From Bacteroidales bacterium (lineage in GTDB: Bacteria; Bacteroidota; Bacteroidia; Bacteroidales; PWNQ01), in contig PWNQ01000066.1 in assembly GCA_003557725.1 (NCBI GenBank), positions 1 through 48,761 of the forward strand: DNA of 48,761 nt, written 5' to 3'. Shown here in pieces: positions 15,994 through 26,155 of the stretch. The position numbers and the translations under genes are program-made. Below the pieces are notes generated by a model. It did no database searches. It was not told the origin of the DNA and was given only the letters and a program-made list of their open reading frames with translations. Each line of letters begins with the position of its first letter. Position 1 is the first letter of the stretch.

Positions 15994-17457
15994 ATGACAA
16001 AAAACATTTCACTTTCACTGGACAATTTATCGGATTTCTTTCCTTCGCATTTCACTGACGAGCAAAGAGCCAGGGCACAGACTTTATTTTTAAAAGAGCT
16101 TGCCCATGCTGCACATGGTTTTTACAAGGGGAAGATACAAGTGCTACCCAAGGCACCGGTACCGGCATTTAACTGGTTTAATGTGTGGTATACTCCGGGT
16201 GTTTCCCGTGTATCCACGGCGATCCGGGATGACAATGACGCTTCTTTCGAGCTTTCTAACCGTGGGAACCTGGTTGCGGTGGTCAGCGACTCCACCCGTG
16301 TATTGGGAGACGGGGACGTTACTCCTCCCGGGGGTCTGGGGGTTATGGAGGGGAAGGCATTTCTGATGAAATACCTTGGCGGGTGTGATGCGGTGGCTTT
16401 GTGTATAGACAGTAAAGATAAAGACGGGAATGCTGACCCTCAGAAGGTCATTGACTTTGTAAAGATGGTTCAGCACAGTTTTGGAGCCATCAACTTGGAA
16501 GACATCAGCCAGCCTAACTGCTTCAAAGTGCTGGATACCTTAAGGGAGGAGTGTGATATCCCGGTATGGCATGATGATGCTCAGGGGACGGCATGTGTTA
16601 CTTTAGCCGGCATTATCAATGCATTAAAGCTGGTAAAAAAGGATATTAATTCTACAAAAATGGTGCTTTACGGGGCGGGTGCTTCCAATACGACCATTGC
16701 CCGGTTGCTGATGGCTGATGGTGCCGCCCCTGAAAACCTGATCCTTTTTGATTCTCAGGGGAGTCTGCATAAAGGGCGCAACGACATTGAGTCGGATCCC
16801 CGTTTTTACACCAAGTGGAATCTTTGCAAGACCACCAATCCCGGCGGGGTTGAAGATATTGAAGAGGCCATGGAAGGGGCAGACGTGCTCATTGCCTTAT
16901 CCAGGCCTGGCCCGGGCGTGGTAAAGCCACATTGGATCAAGAAGATGGCTGACCGTCCGGTGGTATTTGCCTGTGCCAATCCGGTTCCTGAGATTTATCC
17001 TTACGAAGCCAAAAATGCAGGGGCTTACATTGTGGCTACCGGGCGGGGTGACTTCCCCAACCAGGTAAACAACTCCATTGGCTTTCCGGGCATATTAAAG
17101 GGAGCCCTCATGACCCGGGCCAGCTCTATTACTGATAATATGGCCATTGCAGCAGCTCATGCTTTGGCAGATTATGCCGAAAAGCGAGGCATTACCCCAG
17201 AAAACATTGTCCCTAACATGGATGAAGCTCCGGTATTCCCGGAAGAAGCTGCCGCTGTAGCTGTTCAGGCCGTTAAAGACGGAGTGGCACGCAGGCCTTT
17301 GTCCTATGAAAAAGCACTGGAAATAGCCAAAAAAGATATTACCCTGGCACGGGAAACCACACAGGCCCTAACTGAAGGCGGGTTTATCCAGCCACCCCCC
17401 CAAAGCCTCATCGATAACGCCTTTGAAAAGGCTATGGAACAAATGAAAAAAGCATAG
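15994..17457 (+). CDS. NAD(P)-dependent malic enzyme (oxaloacetate-decarboxylating malate dehydrogenase), short form without a PTA domain
   Basis: The motifs VWYTPGVSRV, VVSDSTRVLGDGD, GVMEGKAFLMKYLGG, DISQPNCF, VWHDDAQGTA and LYGAGASN (Rossmann) are diagnostic of prokaryotic malic enzymes. Confidence 0.9.
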   Translation: MTKNISLSLDNLSDFFPSHFTDEQRARAQTLFLKELAHAAHGFYKGKIQVLPKAPVPAFNWFNVWYTPGVSRVSTAIRDDNDASFELSNRGNLVAVVSDSTRVLGDGDVTPPGGLGVMEGKAFLMKYLGGCDAVALCIDSKDKDGNADPQKVIDFVKMVQHSFGAINLEDISQPNCFKVLDTLREECDIPVWHDDAQGTACVTLAGIINALKLVKKDINSTKMVLYGAGASNTTIARLLMADGAAPENLILFDSQGSLHKGRNDIESDPRFYTKWNLCKTTNPGGVEDIEEAMEGADVLIALSRPGPGVVKPHWIKKMADRPVVFACANPVPEIYPYEAKNAGAYIVATGRGDFPNQVNNSIGFPGILKGALMTRASSITDNMAIAAAHALADYAEKRGITPENIVPNMDEAPVFPEEAAAVAVQAVKDGVARRPLSYEKALEIAKKDITLARETTQALTEGGFIQPPPQSLIDNAFEKAMEQMKKA

Positions 17458-17568
17458 CGCCCAGGTTATTATTTTTTCTTTTTTTTGTACTCTGTTTTTG
17501 TACCCAATGCAGGTGCCCTGGGACATGGAGACAGACATAGCTAAAACAGAGACAAAAAGGGAATCATT

Positions 17569-18162
17569 ATGTACGAACATATCACCGGAAGGCTTTCCGA
17601 AAGCACCCCGGCCACGGCAGTTATCGACTGCCAGGGGGTGGGTTATTTGATGCATATCTCGTTGTATACGTTTACCGCACTGGGGAAAAAAGACAAAAGC
17701 CAGGCCGTTACCCTGTACACCCATTTGGTGGTTCGCGAAGATGCCCACCTGTTATTTGGCTTTTCCGGTAAAAAAGAACGGAAGCTGTTCCGTTTGCTCA
17801 TCGGAGTAAATGGGGTGGGAGCCAATACTGCCCGGATGATCCTTTCCACCCTAAGCCCCGAAGAGGTTACTGAAGCCATCCTGGGCGGGCAGGTAGAAAC
17901 ACTCAAAAGCGTTAAAGGCATTGGGGCTAAGTCTGCCCAAAGAATTATTCTGGACCTGAAAGACCAACTCAGAAAGGGAGCTGAACAAGGGGATATTTTA
18001 GCTCCAACGCACAATACCACACGGACTGAAGCGTTATCTGCATTGACCATGCTGGGCTTCCCGGAGAGCACAGCTGATCGTGCACTAACCAAAGTGCTCA
18101 GGGCTCTACCCGCAGATACATCTGTGGAAAATTTGATAAAAGAAGCATTGAAGGCACTGTAG
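17569..18162 (+). CDS. ruvA: Holliday junction branch-migration complex subunit RuvA
   Basis: MYEHITGRL..., VIDCQGVGYLMHISLYT, the HhH motifs LIGVNGVGANTARMILS and SVKGIGAKSAQRIILDL, and C-terminal domain III (ALSALTMLGF). Confidence 0.95.
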   Translation: MYEHITGRLSESTPATAVIDCQGVGYLMHISLYTFTALGKKDKSQAVTLYTHLVVREDAHLLFGFSGKKERKLFRLLIGVNGVGANTARMILSTLSPEEVTEAILGGQVETLKSVKGIGAKSAQRIILDLKDQLRKGAEQGDILAPTHNTTRTEALSALTMLGFPESTADRALTKVLRALPADTSVENLIKEALKAL

Positions 18163-18196
18163 AGTATGTATTAACAGACAGATAATCCATTTAGAG

Positions 18197-21100
18197 TTGG
18201 TCCATTTGAATAAATATATTTCCTGCCCGGCAATCCTTATGGTGCTCTTGATATGTATCAGCCCCGGGAGCATTTCCACCCACCCGTTGGATGAGGCCTC
18301 CCTGAAGGATCTTCACTGGCTTCCGCCGGATACCATCCCCACCGACACTTTGCCTTACCCCTTACCCCATGATGACTCGCCCTTTAAGAGCCCTTTTGAC
18401 CATAAGCTGTTTTTACAGGACCCCCAAAATTTTACCACCGAGGTTGAATACGACCCGGAGACCAACCGGTATTACTTTATCCGGAAAATTGGCTCTTTGG
18501 AATACCGCCTTCCCACGTACATGACTTTTGAGGAGTATATGGAGTACAGCATGGAGCAGACCATGCGGTCTCACTGGCAGGAACGGGTAAGACAGGACCG
18601 CAGCGAAGACGGAGGCGGGCTGATCCCCTCTATCCGGCTGGGAGATATGGGATCGGATATCTTTGGAGGAAATACTATTGATATCCGGCCACAAGGCAGT
18701 GTGGAGCTTATCTTTGGTGTCAACTCCAGCAAGAGAGAAGACCCCGCACTGGATGTTAAGCAGCAGAGAACCACCAATTTTGACTTTCAGGAGAAAATCC
18801 AAATGAGCGTAGATGCTCAGGTGGGAGAAAAAATAAACTTTGGCGTAAATTACGATACAGAAGCAACCTTTGACTTTGACAATGAAATGAAGCTTCAGTA
18901 TGAAGGGGACGAAGATGAAATCTTTCAGCTTATCGAGGCCGGAGACATTTCCATGCCCCTCACCGGGACTTTGATCCGTGGAACCCAACGGTTGTTTGGG
19001 ATAAAGACGGTAATGCAGTTTGGAAACACCACAGTAACGTCTGTATTTTCCAAGCAGGAAAGTGAGACCTCTAACATCACCGTGGCCGGAGGCGCAGAAA
19101 CCCAGGAGTTTGAAATAAAAGCGGATGACTATGAAGATAACCGTCACTTTTTTCTGGCCCAATATTTCCGCGAACATTATGACGAAGCCCTGGAGGAGCT
19201 GCCGGTGGTCAACTCGCCCATAAATATTACCAAAATAGAAGTTTGGGCAACCAATATCGGCCCTGCTACCACAGAGAACCGTAACCTGATCGCTCTTCAG
19301 GACCTGGGGGAAAAGGAGCCGTTTCGAAAAACCATCAACCCCAACTTTGCGGCAGGCCCCTATCCCGATAATAATGCCAACGACATGCTGGTTTCCATGC
19401 TCAACCCGGCCCAACTGCGGAACATCAATACGGTTACCAACTATATCAGTAACGCAGCTCCAGAATTTGTCAACGGTGTAGACTTTGAAAAGATCGAAAA
19501 TGCCCGAAAACTTCGGGAAACAGAGTATTCCGTCAACAGCAAGCTGGGGTTTATTTCCATGAACTCCCGTTTGAACCCGGATCAAATTCTGGCCGTGGCT
19601 TTTCAATATACCGTAATTGGCAGCGACTCGGTCTATCAGGTGGGAGAATTTTCCACCGACGGCATCTCCGCACCCAATGGTTTAATAGTAAAGCTACTGA
19701 AAAGCACCTCTCAGAACACCAGGATTCCCATGTGGGACCTGATGATGAAAAACGTGTATTCTCTGGGAACCTATCAAATCGACCCCCAGGACTTTCGCTT
19801 CAATGTCCTTTACCAGGATGCGGAAAGCGGAGTCCCCATGGGCTATCTTAACGAAAGCAATATCCGCGGGATTCCTTTGATCCGTGTGTTAAACCTGGAC
19901 AATGTGAATGTAAACATGGAACCTGTCCCCGATGGTGTTTTCGACTTTATTGATAATGCCGCTACCCAGGGAGGCACCGTGCAATCCAACCGGGGTCGCA
20001 TTTACTTCCCCGTAGTGGAGCCTTTTGGAAGCGCTATCCGGGAGGCCATTGACGACCCTGACCTTGCCGATAAGTATGCTTACGACTCCCTCTATACCAT
20101 GACTAAGCACAATGCCCGCCAGTACCCTGATAAAAACCGGTTTGTGATGATGGGGATTTACAAATCATCCTCCGGGGCAGAGATATCCCTCAATGCCATG
20201 AATGTCCCCGAGGGATCGGTAACCGTTACTGCCGGTGGAGTACCCCTTCAGGAAAATGTGGACTATACGGTTGATTATACCCTGGGGAGGGTAAAGATCA
20301 TCAATGAAGGCGTACTCCACTCAGGCACCCCCATTAACATCTCCATGGAGTCTTCCAGTTTGTTTAACGTACAAACCAAGACCCTGGTAGGCACCCATGT
20401 TAATCATCTTATCAGTGATAAAGCCAATGTGGGGGCCACGTTTATGAACCTCACCGAACGCCCCATCACTCAAAAGGTAAACTACGGCAACGAACCCATA
20501 TCCAACACCATTTGGGGGCTTAACGGCACCTATCAGGATGAGTCTCGCTTTCTAACCCGGATGGTGGATAAAATCCCCCTTATTGACACCAAAGCCCCTT
20601 CCCGTGTCACCTTTGACGGGGAGTTTGCCCATCTCATCCCTGGCCACGCCCGCGGAATTGGCCGGGAAGGGACGGCATATATTGATGACTTTGAAGGCAG
20701 TGCTTCCAGCATCAACCTGAAAAACCCGGGGCGATGGACCATTGCCAGCACCCCCCAAAAGCAGCCGGACCTGTTCCCCGAGGCGGAAACCGACAGCCTG
20801 GCCTATGGATTCAACCGCGCTCTGTTCAACTGGTTTGTTATCGACCCCATTTTTACACGGCCCAACAACCTTACCCCCGACCATATCCGCAACAATCCCG
20901 ACTTGCTGTCCAACCATTATGTGAGGGAGGTACTGGAAAAGGAGGTGTTCCCTAACAAAGAAACACCCAACAACCAGCCCACCAACCTGGCCGTTCTCAA
21001 CATGGTGTTTTATCCCGAAGAACGGGGCCCCTATAACTATGATGTGGAAGGAGGCATCTATTCTTCCGGACTCAATAATGACGGAAGCCTCAAAGACCCC

Positions 21101-24100
21101 GAAACACGTTGGGGAGGGATTATGAGAAGCATTGATGCTTCCGATTTTGAGGCCACTAATGTAGAATATGTGGAGTTCTGGCTTATGGATCCGTTTATTG
21201 ACCCCGACGGAGCCGGCCCGGAAGCACCACTCCAGGACGCAGGAGACTTGTACATAAACCTGGGAGATATCTCAGAGGATATTTTGAAAGACGGACGAAA
21301 GTCCTTTGAAAACGGGCTCCCCACCTCCGACCAGGTCACCAATGTGGATACCACTATCTGGGGGCGTGTGCCCACCTTGCAGTCCCTTACCAACGCCTTT
21401 GACAACAATCCAACCTCCCGGGAGTATCAGGATGTTGGGCTGGATGGTCTGAGCACCGAAGATGAGCGTTCCTTTTTTCAGGAAACTTATCTGGACCGCA
21501 TCATAAACACGCCCGGACTGGGTACTAATTCCCAGGCCTACCAAAATGCATGGGATGACCCGTCCAATGATAACTACCGTTATTTCAGAGGATCTGATTA
21601 CGACAATATGGAGGTGGGCATTCTGGAACGGTACAAGCGCTTTAATGCAATGGAAGGGAACTCTCCCACGGCAGACCAGTCGCCGGAATCATACCCCACT
21701 CAGGCCACTACACGCCCCGATGGGGAAGACCTGAACAGAGATAACACCCTCAACGAATCGGAAAACTACTACCAGTATCACGTGCGGCTTGATCCCACGG
21801 AAATGGAAGTAGGGCAAAACTATATCACCGATGTACACAAAGCGCCGGTTACCCTGCCCAATGGAGACCAAACCCAGGTCAACTGGTATCAGTTTAAGAT
21901 CCCGGTCAGAAACCCGGATAAAGTGGTTGGAAATATCCAGGATTTTAAATCCATCCGTTTTATGCGGATGTATATGCGTGGGTTTGATGAACGTGTGGTA
22001 CTACGCTTTGCCACGCTAGATTTAGTGCGCAGTGAATGGCGGTCCTATAACTACTCTTTGCTGTATCCGGGAGACTACCTTCCCAACGACCAGCAAGGGA
22101 TAACCAACTTTACCGTCTCTACGGTAAATATTGAAGAGAATGGCCAGCGCACCCCAATTCCGTATATGCTTCCTCCGGGGATTGAGCGGGAGCGCAACCT
22201 GGCAACGTATAATATGCAACGGCTTAATGAGCAATCCATGAGCATGCGGGTAACCGACCTGGTAGATGGCGATGCCCGGGCCGTTTTTAAAACTGCCGAC
22301 CTGGACATGCGACGGTATGAGCGACTCAAAATGTTTATTCATGCAGAGAAAGCTTTTGCCGACCAGGATATCCAGGACGGTGATCTCACCGTGTTTATTC
22401 GTCTTGGGACCGACTTTACCAATAACTACTATGAGTATGAGGTCCCCGTAAATTTTACTCCTTGGAATGTGGGGTTTGATGCCGAAGCGATCTGGCCCGA
22501 TGAGAACGAAATGGATATCCGCCTTAAAGACCTGATCAACGCCAAACAAGAGAGAAACGTGGCTATGAGGGAAGGAAACAGCAATTACCGGCTGTCCATC
22601 CCATATATAATATATGACGGAGACCGGAAAATTACCGTTAAGGGAACGCCAAACCTGGCAGAAGTAAAAACCATTATGATCGGGGTTCGGAACCCCAAAA
22701 AACAAACCATTACCGATGACGATGACGGGCTTCCTAAAAGTGCCGAAATATGGGTCAATGAATTGCGCCTCACCGACTTCACCAATGAAGGAGGATGGGC
22801 AGCTACTGCCAGAGCCAGCGCGGACCTGGCAGACCTGGGAAACATCACCGTAGCAGGGAATATCTCCACTCCCGGGTTTGGGAGTATTGAAGAAACCATT
22901 AGCGAACGCCAAATGGAAAGAATCTATCAATACGACATTGCTACCAACTTGCAACTGGGGAAGTTCTTCCCGGAAGAGATCGGCCTTAGCATTCCTATGC
23001 ACTTCGACTATTCCGAATCTTTCAGCGACCCGGAGTATAATCCGCTGAACCCGGATGTGAAATTTGAAGATGACCTGGCCACATATCCCCGCGAAGAACA
23101 AAAGGATTCTGTGAAAACGCTCTCCCAGGAATATACCCGCAGGAAAAACCTCAACTTTATGAACGTGCGAAAAAACCGCACCGGGGCCTCCTCAGAACCA
23201 CGCCCCTGGAATGTGGAAAACTTTAATATCTCCTATTCATACAATGAGGTATACCACCGAAGCATAGATATTGAACACGATATTATGAAAAGATACAGCG
23301 GGTCATTGGGTTATAATTACTCCACCAATCCCAGGCCAGTAAAGCCCTTTGAGAATATTGATTTTTTGAGCAGCCCCTACCTGGCACTTATCCGTGATTT
23401 TAATTTTTATTACGTGCCCCGTTCTTTTTCTTTCTTAACCAACATGGACCGAACCTATTCAGAAAACCTTCTAAGGAACAAAATACAGGCAGATATTTTA
23501 ATTGACACCACCTATTTAAAGACCTTTGACTGGAATCGCCAATATGATTTACGTTATGACCTTACCCAGTCTTTGCAACTGGATTTCCGTGCAAATGCCA
23601 TGGCCCGGATCGATGAGCCCCCGGGGCGAATGGATAAGGCCGACAGCGACTACTCTGCCAAGGTGGATACCATCTGGGATAATGTATTTGACTTTGGCCG
23701 GATGGAACAATACTCCCATTCCGGCTCCCTAACTTATAACGTGCCTTTTGCCAAGTTCCCTTTGCTGAACTGGATTAACACAACGGCTACATATAAAACC
23801 GATTATTTGTGGACTGCCGCCCCCAGAGCAGCCGAATACCTTGGGAACACCATTGAAAACTCCAATAGTGTACAAATCAACGGGAGCTTAAATATGACCA
23901 CCCTGTACAATAAAGTGGATTATTTACAAAAGATCAACAGCCGTGGGCAAGCCAGAGGGGGACGGGGGCGCCCCGGAGGAGCCAGGGGGCAAAATATGCA
24001 GGGCAGAGGAGCCGATGAAGAAGAGGAAGAAGAGTCTATCTTCAGAAAAATACTGGATAATTCGCTTAGAATGATGATGTCCGTACGAAATGTGTCTATA

Positions 24101-25423
24101 AATTATAACGAAAGTAACGGAATGGTCCTGCCCGGATTTGAGCCGGAACCCACCATTTTGGGGCACAACTTCAATCTCAACGCCCCGGGACTGGGATTTG
24201 TATTTGGCGAACAATCCGATATCCAAAGACGGGCTATTGAAAACAACTGGCTCACCACCAGCGACCGGCTTAATGCCGCCTATATGAAAAAGCATACACA
24301 AACCCTCAACGCCAGAGCAACTATTGAGCCTTTTAGAAACTTTAATATCCAGGTAACCGCCTCCCGAAACGCTTCGGAAAGCTTCCAGTCATACTTCCGT
24401 GCCGACAGCCTGGGGAATTTCCAAAACTACTCCCCCACTGAGCGGGGAGACTTCAGCATCTCATATCTCACCTGGAATACCGCCTTTATTACTGACCACC
24501 CCAGCACCTATTCCAACGAGAACTTTGAGAACTTCCAGTCTTACCTTATGACCATTGCCAACCGTCTCTCCGGCAATAACCCTCATTCCGATTTCAATAC
24601 CCGCGACAGCCTGGGGTTCCCGGACGGATACAGTATGACCCAACAAGATGTAATGGTCCCCGCTTTCCTGGCAGCATATACGGGAAGAGACCCAGAAAAC
24701 CAAAGCCTAAGCTACTTCCCTTCCATCCCAATGCCCAACTGGAGGATTACATTTACCGGCCTTACCCAGATCGACTTTATTGGTAAGTATTTTAGGAATA
24801 TCGCCATAAACCATTCTTATAACTCCACCTATACCATTAACAGCTTTGAAAGCAATATGCACTACCGGGAAGGGGATGACGGATTCCAGTATGTACGTAA
24901 CCAAACCAATGTGTTTTTTCCGAAACATGATATTAACCAAATTATGATCAATGAGCAGTTCAGCCCACTTATCAGTCTGAACATGACCATGCATAACAGC
25001 TTAATGGCCCGTGTGGAAATCAGGAAATCCCGAAACCTGGCCCTGAGCTTTGCCAATAATCAGGTCACGGAAGTGAGCAGTAATGAATATGTATTCGGCA
25101 CCGGATACCGGATTAAAGACCTGGAGTTTGTAGTGACCAGCGGAGGCCAGGCCCGGCGCTTAAGCAGTGATCTGAATATAAAAGTGGATGTATCTATTCG
25201 GGATAACAAAACCATCCTGAGAAAGATGGTGGAAGATGCCAACCAGATATCCGCAGGCCAGAAAGTGGTCTCTATCAACACCTCTGCGGATTATATGATA
25301 AGCCAGTCCATAAACCTGCGGGTATTTTACGACCAGGTCATCAACAACCCCTACGTATCCACCCAGTTTCCCAACTCCAATATCAATGCCGGGCTGGGGA
25401 TCAGCTTTATGCTGGCTCAGTAA
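18197..25423 (+). CDS. sprA: T9SS translocon / cell-surface protein SprA (Sov)
   Basis: The protein is 2408 aa, the same size class as characterised SprA. SprA-like blocks occur throughout (e.g. YRLPTYMTFEEYMEY, IDIRPQGSVELIFGVN, TTNFDFQEKIQMSV). The C-terminus ends in beta-strands (NAGLGISFMLAQ). The tracked start is TTG 18197 and ATG 18240 is an alternative. Confidence 0.9.
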   Translation: MVHLNKYISCPAILMVLLICISPGSISTHPLDEASLKDLHWLPPDTIPTDTLPYPLPHDDSPFKSPFDHKLFLQDPQNFTTEVEYDPETNRYYFIRKIGSLEYRLPTYMTFEEYMEYSMEQTMRSHWQERVRQDRSEDGGGLIPSIRLGDMGSDIFGGNTIDIRPQGSVELIFGVNSSKREDPALDVKQQRTTNFDFQEKIQMSVDAQVGEKINFGVNYDTEATFDFDNEMKLQYEGDEDEIFQLIEAGDISMPLTGTLIRGTQRLFGIKTVMQFGNTTVTSVFSKQESETSNITVAGGAETQEFEIKADDYEDNRHFFLAQYFREHYDEALEELPVVNSPINITKIEVWATNIGPATTENRNLIALQDLGEKEPFRKTINPNFAAGPYPDNNANDMLVSMLNPAQLRNINTVTNYISNAAPEFVNGVDFEKIENARKLRETEYSVNSKLGFISMNSRLNPDQILAVAFQYTVIGSDSVYQVGEFSTDGISAPNGLIVKLLKSTSQNTRIPMWDLMMKNVYSLGTYQIDPQDFRFNVLYQDAESGVPMGYLNESNIRGIPLIRVLNLDNVNVNMEPVPDGVFDFIDNAATQGGTVQSNRGRIYFPVVEPFGSAIREAIDDPDLADKYAYDSLYTMTKHNARQYPDKNRFVMMGIYKSSSGAEISLNAMNVPEGSVTVTAGGVPLQENVDYTVDYTLGRVKIINEGVLHSGTPINISMESSSLFNVQTKTLVGTHVNHLISDKANVGATFMNLTERPITQKVNYGNEPISNTIWGLNGTYQDESRFLTRMVDKIPLIDTKAPSRVTFDGEFAHLIPGHARGIGREGTAYIDDFEGSASSINLKNPGRWTIASTPQKQPDLFPEAETDSLAYGFNRALFNWFVIDPIFTRPNNLTPDHIRNNPDLLSNHYVREVLEKEVFPNKETPNNQPTNLAVLNMVFYPEERGPYNYDVEGGIYSSGLNNDGSLKDPETRWGGIMRSIDASDFEATNVEYVEFWLMDPFIDPDGAGPEAPLQDAGDLYINLGDISEDILKDGRKSFENGLPTSDQVTNVDTTIWGRVPTLQSLTNAFDNNPTSREYQDVGLDGLSTEDERSFFQETYLDRIINTPGLGTNSQAYQNAWDDPSNDNYRYFRGSDYDNMEVGILERYKRFNAMEGNSPTADQSPESYPTQATTRPDGEDLNRDNTLNESENYYQYHVRLDPTEMEVGQNYITDVHKAPVTLPNGDQTQVNWYQFKIPVRNPDKVVGNIQDFKSIRFMRMYMRGFDERVVLRFATLDLVRSEWRSYNYSLLYPGDYLPNDQQGITNFTVSTVNIEENGQRTPIPYMLPPGIERERNLATYNMQRLNEQSMSMRVTDLVDGDARAVFKTADLDMRRYERLKMFIHAEKAFADQDIQDGDLTVFIRLGTDFTNNYYEYEVPVNFTPWNVGFDAEAIWPDENEMDIRLKDLINAKQERNVAMREGNSNYRLSIPYIIYDGDRKITVKGTPNLAEVKTIMIGVRNPKKQTITDDDDGLPKSAEIWVNELRLTDFTNEGGWAATARASADLADLGNITVAGNISTPGFGSIEETISERQMERIYQYDIATNLQLGKFFPEEIGLSIPMHFDYSESFSDPEYNPLNPDVKFEDDLATYPREEQKDSVKTLSQEYTRRKNLNFMNVRKNRTGASSEPRPWNVENFNISYSYNEVYHRSIDIEHDIMKRYSGSLGYNYSTNPRPVKPFENIDFLSSPYLALIRDFNFYYVPRSFSFLTNMDRTYSENLLRNKIQADILIDTTYLKTFDWNRQYDLRYDLTQSLQLDFRANAMARIDEPPGRMDKADSDYSAKVDTIWDNVFDFGRMEQYSHSGSLTYNVPFAKFPLLNWINTTATYKTDYLWTAAPRAAEYLGNTIENSNSVQINGSLNMTTLYNKVDYLQKINSRGQARGGRGRPGGARGQNMQGRGADEEEEEESIFRKILDNSLRMMMSVRNVSINYNESNGMVLPGFEPEPTILGHNFNLNAPGLGFVFGEQSDIQRRAIENNWLTTSDRLNAAYMKKHTQTLNARATIEPFRNFNIQVTASRNASESFQSYFRADSLGNFQNYSPTERGDFSISYLTWNTAFITDHPSTYSNENFENFQSYLMTIANRLSGNNPHSDFNTRDSLGFPDGYSMTQQDVMVPAFLAAYTGRDPENQSLSYFPSIPMPNWRITFTGLTQIDFIGKYFRNIAINHSYNSTYTINSFESNMHYREGDDGFQYVRNQTNVFFPKHDINQIMINEQFSPLISLNMTMHNSLMARVEIRKSRNLALSFANNQVTEVSSNEYVFGTGYRIKDLEFVVTSGGQARRLSSDLNIKVDVSIRDNKTILRKMVEDANQISAGQKVVSINTSADYMISQSINLRVFYDQVINNPYVSTQFPNSNINAGLGISFMLAQ

Positions 25424-25443
25424 GAGGGCGAAGTTTATACCTG

Positions 25444-26148
25444 CTATGCCGGATCCAGGAGGGTCATATCAAAAACCCGGGCCAGATGATTTCTGGTTTT
25501 ATCCCTGACCAGCGCAATGTCCACCGGCTCCCCCAGCTCTTTTTCCATGGAAGTAACTCCTTTGTCCATAAGCCCGCACGGGTTTATATGCCTGAAGTAA
25601 CCCAGTTGGGTATTAACATTAAAGGCAAACCCGTGCATGGTCACAAATCGGCTGGCTTTTACTCCAATAGCACATATTTTCCGGGCCTTACCGGGAACAT
25701 CTCCGTCCAGCCAAACCCCGGTAGCGGATTTCAGGTGGCCGCCATTTATGCCATACTCATCCAATACCCCGATAACGGCTTCTTCCAGCATTTCAATATA
25801 GCGTTTCAACCCAATACGGAAAGCCTCCAGGTCAATGATGGGGTACCCCACAATCTGTCCCGGGCCATGATAAGTAATATCTCCTCCACGGTCTATCTTG
25901 TAATAAGTGGCATTAATGGATTTTAAAAAGGCTTCATTGACCAGAAGGTTATTGGAAGCCCCATGCTTCCCCAGTGTATATACATGAGGATGTTCACAGA
26001 GTAGCAGGTAGCCCTTCGCCCCTTCATATAGTCCGTCTGACTGTCCCATTTTTGCCTCCAGCACCTGGCCATGCTTTTGGATCTGGTGGTCCCAGGCTCT
26101 TTTATAATCTATCAGCGAGAGGTCTTCAAATATAACATTATGCGACAT
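25444..26148 (-). CDS. lipB: Lipoyl(octanoyl) transferase LipB
   Basis: The motifs LLLCEHPHVYTLG, RGGDITYHGPGQIVGYPI, KICAIGVK and HGFAFNV are present. The tracked ORF extends to 26274 but overlaps lipA by 119 nt. The ATG at 26148 (MSHNVIFEDL) leaves a 7-nt gap after the lipA stop, so it is preferred. Confidence 0.9.
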   Translation of the reverse strand: MSHNVIFEDLSLIDYKRAWDHQIQKHGQVLEAKMGQSDGLYEGAKGYLLLCEHPHVYTLGKHGASNNLLVNEAFLKSINATYYKIDRGGDITYHGPGQIVGYPIIDLEAFRIGLKRYIEMLEEAVIGVLDEYGINGGHLKSATGVWLDGDVPGKARKICAIGVKASRFVTMHGFAFNVNTQLGYFRHINPCGLMDKGVTSMEKELGEPVDIALVRDKTRNHLARVFDMTLLDPA

Positions 26149-26155
26149 CTTATAT

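Noticed and set aside
18413-19606. A 397-aa ORF antisense to sprA, plus a second one of 359 aa at 22022-23101 and shorter ones at 20552-20917 and 21058-21408
   Set aside because: They lie entirely inside a gene whose sense frame gives a continuous, SprA-like 2408-aa protein. Their translations are low-complexity (rich in G/V/F/L/R) with no recognisable motifs, start context or promoter. Long antisense ORFs are a known by-product of codon bias.
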